Origin: Octopus sinensis | Taxonomy: Eukaryota | Direction of reading: 5' to 3' | DNA: 64,000 nt | Assembly: GCF_006345805.1 (NCBI RefSeq) | Contig: NW_021833459.1 | Coordinates: 9,839 to 73,838 of the forward strand | In this document: positions 1 through 10,912 of the stretch, piece after piece | Numbering within the stretch: the first letter of the stretch is position 1 | Layout of the letters: the number at the start of each line of letters is the position of its first letter | Position numbers and translations under genes: made by a program | Notes under the pieces: generated by a model | What the model was told of the DNA's origin: nothing | Seen by the model: the letters and a program-made list of their open reading frames with translations, nothing else | The model's database searches: none

Positions 1-2
1 GG

Positions 3-416
3 AGGGCGATATGTAGCACACACAACTACATCAAGTTGCCTTATATGTACAATTAGTGTGTCGCACACCGAGTTTGAGTATGACAAAAGGACGTGGGGTG
101 TGAGGTCCTCACGGATGTACATAGCGACTCCTCCATGACTCCATTCTTTTCTGTCGGTCCGTAGTACAACATACTGTGGTATGTGTAATTCCGCATCTGC
201 TATGTCGGGTTTCAGGTGCGTTTCCGTAAGTGCTATGCATAAGGCTTGATTGCATGCAACAAAGTCTCTCAAGAACGGGATTTCTGTCCTGTTACTGAGT
301 GTTTGCAGTCCTCTGATGTTCAGTAGGAGCATCGAGGTGAGGTGTATGCTGTTGCCGACGGTGTCCACCTTGGGTCTGTTTGCTGTGGTGGTCTTGTATA
401 TTGTGGGTAGTCCCAT
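3..416 (-). CDS. LINE ORF2 N-terminus, apurinic-like endonuclease (APE) domain, open to the window edge
   Basis: Manual translation from the ATG at 416: MGLPTIYKTT...MLLLNIRGLQTLSNRTEIPFLRDFVACNQALCIALTETHLKPDIADAELHIPQYVVLRTDRKEWSHGGVAMYIREDL...ATYRP, with no stops. Contains the APE motifs N.RGL, ETHL, DR..GGV and YRPP. Confidence 0.8.
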   Translation of the reverse strand, partial: MGLPTIYKTTTANRPKVDTVGNSIHLTSMLLLNIRGLQTLSNRTEIPFLRDFVACNQALCIALTETHLKPDIADAELHIPQYVVLRTDRKEWSHGGVAMYIREDLTPHVLLSYSNSVCDTLIVHIRQLDVVVCATYRP

Positions 417-718
417 CTGCGAGCTTGGGTTTGATGAAACCAGGTTAGCTGCTGTATAATCTTTTGTGCCATGCACAAAAAAGATTCTTGTTCAGCTGCT
501 GCCCTTTCAACAACATCATGTTGGCGGTTTGTGGCACGCACCACATCTGCGTACCTCCGTTTTGGGGCAGGTGGTGCGTGGTCCATCGCTTTTCCTTTTG
601 TTAGTTTGTTTCTGATCTGTTTCGTGTCTCTGCGGCAGGTTCCCCGATGTGCAAAACGGCAGCCTGCACCTTCCTCTCCATGCCAGCAGGTACCTCTCAG
701 GTAGAACCTACACACCCA
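320..718 (-). pseudogene. LINE ORF1 remnant with CCCH zinc finger (5'-truncated)
   Basis: Non-microsatellite part of ORF 320..910: CRFYLRGTCWHGEEGAGCRFAH...RRYADVVR...AAAEQESFLCMAQKIIQQLTW, matching ORF1 of the 55-59 kb element. Confidence 0.65.
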
Positions 719-720
719 CA

Positions 721-739
721 TATATATATATATATACAT

Positions 740-783
<44 letters not shown>

Positions 784-826
784 TATACATATATAGATAT
801 AATAGATATATAATATATATACATAC

Positions 827-885
<59 letters not shown>
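721..885. repeat. (TA)n microsatellite
   Basis: Direct reading. Confidence 0.95.
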
Positions 886-888
<3 letters not shown>

Positions 889-1163
889 CATGCACGTATA
901 TATCAATCATTTATCCATACGTTTGTGCGTATGTATAATATCTATGTACAAGCGTGGGAGTGCTTGTACATTACATAGTGGCATTGTAACGGACCTTTTC
1001 GGCCAATCATTGGTGTTTCTGAATTGAGCACAACATTGTAGATTGAAACGATTGTATCCTTCGTTTCTTAAATAACAAAGCATGAACCTCTGTATTCGTA
1101 TTAAATTTCGAGTACTAATTTTCTGGGAAATCTACTTCATTCGAACCAAATTCAATAACTCGG

Positions 1164-1600
1164 CCGACCCAACCAGCGCTCTGTCAGACTCTGCCTCCAC
1201 CAGGGTCCAGCCGACTCTCAACTGAGCTCTTACTCCGCACTGCATGTCGGGCTCCACCGGCCCCACGCAACCATCAAATACAGAGCTCCCCCAAGTGCCA
1301 ACAAAGCACCAGCGACTCCTTGCGGACCGCCTCCTCAACTGCATCAGTGGGCCACCAACTCCTTCAACTGCGTTGCCGTATCGGCAGAACTGGCCCCACC
1401 ACTGGTTCGCCATCTGGCACGATTCCTCGATTTGCCTTCCACAAATCGCCTGTGCCACTTCCAAAAGATCCGCCGACCCAGCCAGCGCTCCGCCAGCTTC
1501 TGCTTCCACTAGGGTCCACCCGACCCTCAACTGAGCTTTTACTATGCACTGCCTGTCGGGCTCCACCGGCCCCAAGCAACCATCAACCACAAAGCTCACC
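1164..1600. repeat. ~125-bp direct repeat pair inside the LTR element (1164-1290 and 1474-1600); a second ~65-bp pair at 1788-1855 and 1921-1984
   Basis: The translated repeat DGC.GPVEPD.QC.V.AQLRVGWTLVEAE occurs twice in ORF 1132..1857. VVPC.GPL.S.PLSLG occurs twice in ORF 1710..1979. Confidence 0.85.
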
Positions 1601-1971
1601 CAACGCTGAAGCAGTCTTCCTGGTCTCAGTGGACCCACCACCGTTCGCAGCCGTCTTGCCTCGTCAACGGGCTTGGTCCTTTTCCTCACCAGCGTCCGTA
1701 CCGCAGGCCTCACAACACACACGCCGGCCGCCAGTCCATCCACTCCTGTGGCCTCTCCACAGTGGGAACCATACAGTCCTTCCGGGCCCCAAGAGACAGG
1801 GGTCCAGACACCAAAGGACCCGCACACGGCACAACACCTGCCGCGACCATCACACACAGAGCCGGAACCTCGGATTCAGCGACATCCGCCCCAGCCCTCG
1901 CCAGCTCTTCGTCCCGAGTTCCGAGAGACAGGGGTCGAGATGCCAAGGGCCCCAGACACGGAACAACAGCA

Positions 1972-2352
1972 TCAGCCATAACACCTTTCAGATTCCTTAA
2001 CCTCTACGGATTCCAAATCACAAGATTTCTTGGGTACAGCGTCACAAATTTCGGCAACCAGCACAGGTTCCGCTTCTCTCGATGCTTCGTTCGACGGGCA
2101 ATCTCTGCCCACAGGACCGTCGCTATCCCCGGTCCAACACCGATCCTCCAAAGCTGACCCATCCGCAACCTCAAGCTCCCGCTGATCTGCCCACAAGCCC
2201 TGTCGCCTCTCGTCCATCCTTTCCATGAACGCATCCGTCTGCGCCATCTGGCCCCTTAACATCTCCACAATCAGGACAAGCGAAATCCCCTCGTCTCCGG
2301 TCTGACAGCCAGACAGATCCATAGCGAAAAAGAACCGATCAAAACGCAGCAA
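1972..2352 (-). pseudogene. Degenerate gag-like ORF
   Basis: Starts just after the PBS. RCWTGDSDGPVGRDCP resembles a decayed Cx2Cx4Hx4C zinc knuckle. Confidence 0.45.
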
Positions 2353-2360
2353 TCAGGACA

Positions 2361-2377
2361 ATCCCACTTCGACACCA
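2361..2377 (-). promoter_or_regulatory. Primer-binding site complementary to the tRNA-Leu 3' end
   Basis: Minus strand reads ...TAACA ac TGGTGTCGAAGTGGGAT, versus canonical TGGTGTCAGAAGTGGGAT (1-nt deletion), 2 nt after the LTR end. Confidence 0.75.
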
Positions 2378-2379
2378 GT

Positions 2380-3552
2380 TGTTACGGAATCACCCGTCAT
2401 CGCCCGTCCCAAACGGCTCACACAAGTTCCGCCACGGAACCCAAAGAGGCGGAGAGAGGAGATACAGATAGATACTGCCACAACCTCAACAGCACAGAGA
2501 TACAGAGGCACAACCCGAGATACAACCCAAAGAGGCAAGGCAACAACTGGCAACACTGGCTTATATTCAAACAACAGTTTATACGACAATTACAATTGTT
2601 ACAACATCAAGATACATCAAAGCATGCACGTGACTACTCAATACATAATACAATAGCATTTCAAGAGTACAACTCAAAGCATAATACATCATGTAACAAT
2701 TCAAGAGTACACGTCCCAAGACAACAGTTCTTTAAAGTCTCTTCCTAAACATCACAATCAACAAGTCCTTTACTCTTCTTCTTCACAATGTCCTTTATCG
2801 ACCACATCGACAGAGTCCTTGACTGTTCTTTTCACTGTTCAATACACCGTGACACATATCAATGCACAAACACATACCTCAATTCCTAATTGAATCTGCC
2901 AGTGTCCCATTCCGCTCAATACTGCTAATTCCTCTGAATACTGCTAATTCCCTTCTGTGCCGCCAAGCTTTCTCGCATCCAACTTGCTCCTAAGAATTCC
3001 AACGCTTGCTCCTTAAATCCAAGGTCCGTCTGTCTTCTACGAGGACCGGCCAGCGACTGCCCTTCTTGACGAACAACCGCGAACTACCAGACCTCACTTC
3101 GTCTCTGTCCTTCTTCCACTCCCCTCATCTCCCTCTGTCTATATCGCTCTTACACTTTCTAACTGCCCTGGTCCTTATACCCTATCTATATCGCCTGCTG
3201 TCTCTTAGCCTTTCTATTTGCTATCTGATTCCTTACTCTATCTATATCGGCTGCTGTCTCTTAGCCTCTCCATCCGTCCCATACTGCTTATACCCTATCT
3301 ATATTTGCTCTCAGCCCTTAATCTGTCCCTTTTCTCTTACTGTCAATACCCTCTCCATCTGCTCTTAGATTCCCTTAATCTGTCTTCCTCTTTCACATTC
3401 TCACTGACCCTCTTATCAACCACACGAGGTCACAGGTCATTCCAAAACCCATCAGTCCTCCATTAGACAAAGAACCCGTCACATTTCACCAGATATCATG
3501 GTGCCATTATTCCTATGTGGGTCACCAGAAATGCACCTAGCCAACCGTAACA
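2380..3552 (-). repeat. Long terminal repeat (~1.17 kb)
   Basis: TGTTACGG at 2380-2387 and CCGTAACA at 3545-3552 form an 8-bp terminal inverted repeat with TG...CA ends. Internal short duplications, e.g. AATACTGCTAATTCC x2 and CTGCTGTCTCTTAGCC x2. Confidence 0.7.
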
Positions 3553-3801
3553 ATATGTATATATATATATATATGTATGTATATATATATATATATATGT
3601 ATATATATGTATATGTATATATATATGTATATATATATATATATATATATTATGTGAAATAGAAAGATGAATAATCTTGTAGTAGATTAATCAAAAGTTT
3701 AACCGACGAACCTTAGTAGCAAAAATCACAGCAGTGAACAGCACGGTTGGAGGTACAACCATCTGGCGTTGCAACCGTGCGTTGGTGCGGATAACTGAAA
3801 T

Positions 3802-4129
3802 TAAAACATTATTGGTGAATTGAAGAAATGGAGATAACGCAGATTGAACAGAAATCGTTTTATTTCATTCTACACGTGTTTCGAAAGGCACAAATTACCA
3901 AAATCCGATTGAATAATGGGACCATATTGTGTCTTTCTCTTAAGGAAGAAAAAAGGAAATCCGTTGGAAAAACAAAAACAGAACAGAGGCAGAGCAAAAA
4001 ACAAATCGAACTGTGCTCCTAAGAGCCCATGGCGAAACTGTTTATCAGTGTATGTTGTAGAATGAAATAAAACGATTTCTGTTCAATCTGCGTTCAGCTC
4101 CATTTCTTCAATTCACCAATAATGTTTTA
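3802..4129. mobile_element. Foldback element with ~72-bp inverted arms; probably Penelope pseudo-LTR derived
   Basis: 3802-3874 TAAAACATTATTGGTGAATTGAAGAAATGGAG..AACGCAGATTGAACAGAAATCGTTTTATTTCATTCTACA is the near-perfect reverse complement of 4056-4129. The interior carries a hammerhead-like motif. Confidence 0.8.
3868..3947 (-). ncRNA. Type-I hammerhead-ribozyme-like motif with long stem II (core G5 mutated)
   Basis: UUC-CUUAAGA-GAAAGACACA..loop..UGUGCCUUUC-GAAA-C ACGU GUA-GAA. Palindromic stem III (ACACGUGU), GUA cleavage triplet; CUUAAGA in place of CUGAAGA. Confidence 0.55.
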
Positions 4130-4396
4130 TATATTATATATGTATAATATATATGTATTATATATATGTATATATATGTATTATCTATAGATATAGTATA
4201 TAATATATGTTATATATATGTATTATATAATTGTATATTATATATATATATATGTGTGTATATATATATGTATATATATATATATGTGTTTGTATATATA
4301 TAGGTATATATATATATATATATTGTTATATATATGTATATATATATATATGTATAATATATATGTAATATATATATGTATCTATATATATGTTAT

Positions 4397-4443
<47 letters not shown>

Positions 4444-4925
4444 TATATATATGTTATATATATAATGTTATATATATATATGTATATATATATAGTGATA
4501 TATAGAGTATATGTATATATTATATATTAATATATATATATATGTATATATATATATATGTATATATAATATATATGTATGATATATATATATGATATAT
4601 ATGTATTATATATATATATGTATATATATATTATGTAGATATATATATATGTATATATATATATAGTATATATATATGTATATATATATATGTATATTAT
4701 ATATATATTATATATATATATGTATATATATATGTATATATATATGTAGTTATATATATGTATTATATATATGTATTTATATATATGTATTTATATATAT
4801 GTATTTATATATATATGTATGTATATATATGTATATATGTATATTATGTATATATGATATATGGTATATATGTGTATATATGTATATGTAGTGTATATAT
4901 GTAGTTATATATGTATATGTATATA

Positions 4926-4958
<33 letters not shown>

Positions 4959-5327
4959 ATATATATGTATAATATATATGTATATATATGTATTATATAT
5001 GATATAGATATATGTATAATATATATATGTATATATATGTATATGTATATATATATGTAATATATATATGTATATATATATATAGATATGTATATATATG
5101 TATATGTATATATATGTATAATATATATAGTATATATATATATATGTATATATATATGTATATATATATGTTATTATATATGGAATATATGTATATAATA
5201 TATATATGTATATATATATATACATGTATATATATGTAATATATATGTATATATGTATTTTATATATGTATGTATATATATGTATATATTATATGTATAT
5301 ATATCTATATATGTATGTATATATATG

Positions 5328-5381
<54 letters not shown>

Positions 5382-5382
5382 T

Positions 5383-5414
<32 letters not shown>

Positions 5415-5601
5415 TGTATATTATATATAGTATATAATATATATGTATATATATTATGTATATATATATATATATGGTATATATATATATGTGTATATAA
5501 TATATATATGTATATATATATATGTATATATATATATATGTATGTATATATATGTATATATAATTATATGTATATATATATATGTATATTATATATATAT
5601 G

Positions 5602-5632
<31 letters not shown>

Positions 5633-6002
5633 GTATGTAATATATATATGTATATATATATATATATTAATATATATATATGTATATATTATCTATATAT
5701 TGTATATTAATATATGTTATATATATATAATATATATGTATAATATATATATGTATTATATATATATGTGATATATATATATATGCATGTATATATATAT
5801 ATGTTATATATATATATGCATATATATCTATATATATATATATATATGTATATTATATATGATATATATATATATAGTATATATATGTATATGTATATAT
5901 AGTATATATAATATGTATATATTATATGTATATATATATATATGTATTATATATATATATATGTATGTATATATAGAATGTATATGTATATATATATGTA
6001 TG

Positions 6003-6051
<49 letters not shown>

Positions 6052-6244
6052 ATATATATATATATATATATATGTATGTATATATATATATATATATGTA
6101 TATAATTATATATTGTATGTATATATATATATATATGTATGTATATATATATATATATATTATGTATATATTATATATAGATATATATATATGTATATAT
6201 TATATATATATATATATGTATGTATATATTATATATAATATATG

Positions 6245-6287
<43 letters not shown>

Positions 6288-6309
6288 TATATATATATAT
6301 ATATGTATG

Positions 6310-6340
<31 letters not shown>

Positions 6341-6401
6341 ATATAATATATATATATATATGTATGTATATATATATCTATATATTATATATATATGTAT
6401 G

Positions 6402-6432
<31 letters not shown>

Positions 6433-6560
6433 TATATATATATATATATATGTATGTATATATATATATTATATATATGTTGTATATATATTATATATAT
6501 ATATGTATTTTATAATATATATATATGTATGTATATTATATATATATATATATATGTATG

Positions 6561-6592
<32 letters not shown>

Positions 6593-6610
6593 GTATATAT
6601 ATATATCTAT
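4130..6610. repeat. ~2.5-kb degenerate (TA)n/(TATG) satellite tract
   Basis: Direct reading; source of all Y/I/C/M/V ORFs here. Confidence 0.95.
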
Positions 6611-7676
6611 ATGCATTGTTCTAATAGTGAAGAAGTAAATCCAAATAGTGATATTTGGAAGTCATTTAATATGTACTTTTCAAGTTTGCATAAATTATAG
6701 TAGGAAATGTATCCACTAGGTAAACGTCCCTCATAACTCAAAGCCACTGAAAACTTGCCGGTTTTGACTCTACTAAAGGTTTTTTTTTTATTTCATTCGA
6801 GACGAAAATTCCTCTGGCTTGAATCACTATTTTCTTAAAGATCGTTTGTAACCATTTTTAATATAACGAGCTATTTATTCCCTCATCCCATGTTTCATTG
6901 AACCTGCAACTCTTGGATATACGTGTACAATGAAAGTAAGTATACAATGAGCGTAAGTATATTTGTGTGAGCCAGTATATATTTATGTGTGTATCTGTTG
7001 ATGGTAGTTGAATCTTACAGCTATACAGCGGGCTAACATTTATCTCAATGAAGCAAATGCCGTTGATATTACTACTCTTTGACGTTTGTAGATTTCTCTT
7101 TTTCACCACGTGCCTGTCCACTTGCCTGTTTGCTGTTTCATTGCGTGCATGTGATAGTTAGTGTGAAATTAAGCATGATATAAATATCTATATAAATATT
7201 TTAGCGGGTTTTATCAGAAGCGGCATACGCTGTATGTATGAGTGTTTTTGAGTTTGATTTAAGTTCTACTTGTGAGAGTTGTTCACAAAGCAAGACATTT
7301 TGAATTACGATAGTAGTTACCGGTATTTGGAAATATGCGATTATGTTGGTGCGTGTGTGTGTGTGCGTACGTGTGTGTGGGTATAAAATTATCGTGAAGG
7401 CAGATGTGTAGCACAAGAGATATCTAATCCGTTAAAGTGAATTAATCGATATTTCTAAAATAGATAATTTATTAATTCGTGGTTGTCTATATATATATAT
7501 GCCATACATTTTGAAAGTACTAGCAATATATTAGGCCATTATAAAATATAACTGAAATATCAGTTGAGATTAAAATAGAACAATCAAACGTTTTGCAAAA
7601 TGAGTAAAGATGAAAAATACTATATTTATCTTGATATATAAATATAGATAAATGTAGACCACACACACATACATAC

Positions 7677-7696
7677 ATGCTTACATGTATATATAA

Positions 7697-7743
<47 letters not shown>

Positions 7744-7895
7744 ATTATATATGTATATATATTATATATATGTATATATATTATATATGTATATATATTA
7801 TATATATGTATATATATTATATATGTATATATATTATATATATGTATATATATATTATATATGTATATATATATATAACATATATATATATATAT
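7677..7895. repeat. (TA)n-derived minisatellite (unit ~TATATTATATATATG)
   Basis: Direct reading. Confidence 0.9.
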
Positions 7896-7918
7896 TTGTT
7901 CGTGTGTGTGTATGTGTA

Positions 7919-8009
7919 TTTCGGGGTCAATAAATTAAGTACCAGTTGCGTTCCCTGATCGACTGGCCCCCTTACCAAAAAGTTCGGGCCTTGTTCCTAG
8001 AGTATAAAA
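7919..8009 (+). mobile_element. SINE family B fragment
   Basis: TTCGGGGTCAATAAATTAAGTACCAGTT matches the central domain of the 41146 copy. Confidence 0.7.
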
Positions 8010-8227
8010 ATGTATATATATATATATATATATATCAATCAATCATTAATTAAACAATCTTAGGGTAGCAAGAATATTTATCGAAAAATTCTTTGTTACC
8101 AATGATCTAGCGAGAAGGAAAAATTTAGTTAACAGACACTACACTTATATATATGAAAGAATGTTTGAAAATGCAATTTTAAAAGATGTGTATTCACTTG
8201 ACCGGTTTCACTGTTTTAAAAAATGAT

Positions 8228-8637
8228 TACTCTTTACTCTTTTACTTGTTTCAGTCATTTGACTGCGGCCATGCTGGAGCACCGCCTTCAGTCGAGCAAA
8301 TCGACCCCGGGACTTATTCTTTGTAAGCCCAGTACTTATTCTATCGGTCTCTTTTTGCCGAACCGCTAAGTGACGGGGACGCAAACACACCAGCATCGGT
8401 TGTCAAGCAATGCTAGGGGGACAGACACAGACACACAAGCACACACACATACATACATATATATACATATATACGACAGGCTTCTTTCAGTTTCCGTCTA
8501 CCAAATCCACTCACAAGGCATTGGTCGGCCCGGGCCTATAGCAGAAGACACTTGCCCAAGATGCCACGCAGTGGGACTGAACCCGGAACCATATGGTTGG
8601 TTAGCAAGCTACTTACCACACAGCCACTCCTGCGCCT
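8228..8637 (-). mobile_element. SINE family A (tRNA head, central domain, internal TA/TG microsatellite, (GTAAAAGA)n tail), full length
   Basis: A box TGGCTGTGTGGTAAG and B box GGTTCAGTCCC on the minus strand; highly similar to at least 8 other copies in the window. Confidence 0.92.
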
Positions 8638-8877
8638 ATTGTCAAAAATGTAAAAGCTTTGTCTTGTGAGGTACTGGTTGTCAGAAAATATTACAATACA
8701 TCTATACATTCTTTGGTAATAATAAGAACATGTTAAAAACATCTTGGGAAAATATAAAAAAGTTCATTAAAATATTGGGCACAAAAAATTACAATACATA
8801 TATATATGTATTGTGATTCAGTATTGTAATATAATAAAATATATTGTAATTTTGTATTGTAATGTATTGTAATGTAA

Positions 8878-9030
8878 TATCATCGAAAAATACCTTAGAA
8901 ATGAGAACGCAGGCTCGAAATTTTCCCATGACACCTGATGAACGCTGGGGGGTATATCTGCCCAAACGTTGTGTTAATAACAAACAAGATAGGAACAAAT
9001 ATCCGTCAAATGTAAATAATGTAAATAATA
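8878..9030 (+). mobile_element. SINE family D 3' half (headless), hammerhead-bearing tail
   Basis: ATCGAAAAATACCTTAG.AATGAGAAC..GACACCTGATGAA..AAACGTTGTGTTAA..AAATATCCGTCAAATGTAAATAAT, homologous to 49250-49690. Confidence 0.8.
8930..8975 (+). ncRNA. Minimal type-I hammerhead motif, degenerate (GAAA changed to CAAA)
   Basis: GACAC-CUGAUGA-stem II-CAAA-CGUU-GUGUU. Confidence 0.55.
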
Positions 9031-10712
9031 AGAAATGCTATCAAAATCAATCGGTGTATAAATTTTAGTGCAAATATCCTTCACAAGTTTAATTCTATTC
9101 TATAGTATAACTCAGTACGCATATTAAAATGATCAACAAATTTTATCCAATTCCAATACCAATTTTTTTTTTTAGAATAAATATTCTCTGGCAAATTTTA
9201 TTTCTGGAAACATTGTTCATTAGCTTTGTCGTCCTTCATGTTATTGATGGGTCATTAATATTATTGCTGGGTTTTTCCCCTTTAATCACTTTTTTCTTAT
9301 ATTTTTTTCCTTTTGATATCTAAATAGCAGAGAGCTTTTGAGTTCTTTGTTTGTTGTTAATTTACAACGAAATTTCTCATTTCTATTTTGATATGAAATG
9401 TTATATTATTTGAGCAAATTTCATTTTAATGTGTCTTCAATTTATTTTGTCTTTGATGCGATCGGATTCTTTTCCGCCTTTTTGCTTGCAGTACCATTTT
9501 AGTTGTTGCTTCATTCAAAACTCTTTAGAGTAAAATGTTATTAACTTGCACCTGGTCATGTTTATTGAGTATTTTGTATTCTTAATTTAATTTCGCAATT
9601 GAGAATGAAGAGGCGCTAACCGTAGCTTCTGTATTATAGCCTAAACTAGTGGAAACTGATATACATAAAGATCAATTATTACTACAGAAGTTTATAGCAA
9701 ACGGTGGGTATTATACAACCGTACATGTATGGCAAATAGAGGTTGGTCAAAATGCTAAACATTAGATTTTGCGTTAAATCTACTGCAAGATTGGGAGTTG
9801 AATCTAAGTGTTGATTTAGAATTAGATAAAATCAATAGGTTTACAGTTCTTTTGCAGATGAAGGGATTCGGGTGTAGCGAGAAATGAGGTTAGATTTCAA
9901 GATATAATCGAAAAAAATAATGCGTGTAACTCCTGCAAGTTCCCATTTATTTCAAATTTTTTTGCATGTAACCTACCCTATTTTTAGTACACCGGCCAAG
10001 TACACCATTACTCAAGGCTTTTCTGAAATTAAACATTCGCATCAACGAAATCTCCAGGCTACGAGATAATACATGATAGGCAGAAAATGAGGCGAATCAT
10101 CATGTTTTACAGGTATACATGAAATCATTACATTGGATTTTAAATGGTTCAGCAACATTGATACGACCTCTAGAACGCTAGCAGTTTTGTTTCATTTTTT
10201 CACTATTATGCCGTTTTATAAACAGCTTTGCTTAATATAATTCTAAATTGCCAAAGTTATTGTGTTAAACAATAAATATATAGCTGAAAGTATGGAGCTG
10301 GTGACAAACGTATTGTAGATACTCTCTTAAGACATTCTTACCTCGTCCGAGTTTTAAACCATTCTCTAGCCCCGCAAAGTATTCATACTTCTGTTACTTA
10401 AAGGGTTACACGTAGAGGAATCATACATTTAGCATTTACTTGATGATAGATCTTTCAGGCCAATTCTTGTCAAATTCATAACTTATTCTTGTAAAAATTA
10501 ATAGACATTTCTAAACTTATTCATAACGAATGGCAAAATATATCTGGAATTAGTCTGTCTTTTCGGCATTATTCTGACCATGTTTCTATGTGATTAGACC
10601 TCATCAGTATAATATACTATTACCAGTACTTACCAGTTATGTGAATGCAGGCGTGAATATACAGGCGTTGAGCGAAATCAAGACATTTATTAATGAGATC
10701 TGATTCTGATTT

Positions 10713-10912
10713 AGTCACAAACCGAGCACTTTCGAGTGTAGGACATATGTCAATACCATCGACCACAACATATTTTGGTACTTTATTTTAGTGACCTCAG
10801 AAAGGTAAACTCATTTTGTACCTTTCAGAATTAGAGCTTAGAGCATAAAACCCGATTGAAACAACGCAAACCGTTTTGTCCAACGCACTATCGATTCTGC
10901 TATGTCACAATC
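10713..10912 (-). mobile_element. Highly degenerate SINE family B
   Basis: Remnants GGTACTTTATTTTAGTGACCTCAGAAAGG and TTTTGTCCAACGCACTATCGATTCTGC resemble the B body and head. Confidence 0.4.

Larger units (their letters stand above)
1..720 (-). mobile_element. CR1-group LINE, 5' portion (ORF1 C-terminus plus ORF2 endonuclease start), runs off the window start
   Basis: Colinear and homologous with 57870-58600 (FLCMAQKI.QQLTW; ALTETHL.PDI.DAE.H.PQY.V.RTDR). The upstream end abuts a (TA)n tract. Confidence 0.85.
1130..3552 (-). mobile_element. LTR retrotransposon remnant (Gypsy-like): 5' LTR, PBS and degenerate gag-like region; no pol or second LTR seen
   Basis: LTR bounded by inverted TGTTACGG...CCGTAACA, directly followed on the minus strand by a tRNA-Leu PBS and an ORF with a decayed CCHC knuckle. 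Confidence 0.7.

Noticed and set aside
985-1000. TGTAACGG as the start of the second LTR
   Set aside because: The following sequence does not match 2380 onwards, and there is no polypurine tract or TSD.
4218-6700. Dozens of long Y/I/C/M/V-rich ORFs, also at 58.9-61.6 kb and elsewhere
   Set aside because: They are translations of stop-poor (TA)n/(TG)n microsatellites, not proteins.
8208-8669. Recurrent ORFs such as RPGAIAEDTCPRCHAVGLNPEP and KETDRISTGLTKNK as a gene family
   Set aside because: They are chance translations of SINE family A copies.
9858-9888. AG...GT-bounded 31-nt candidate exon
   Set aside because: Stops in all three frames, weak donor, and no phase link to other candidates.
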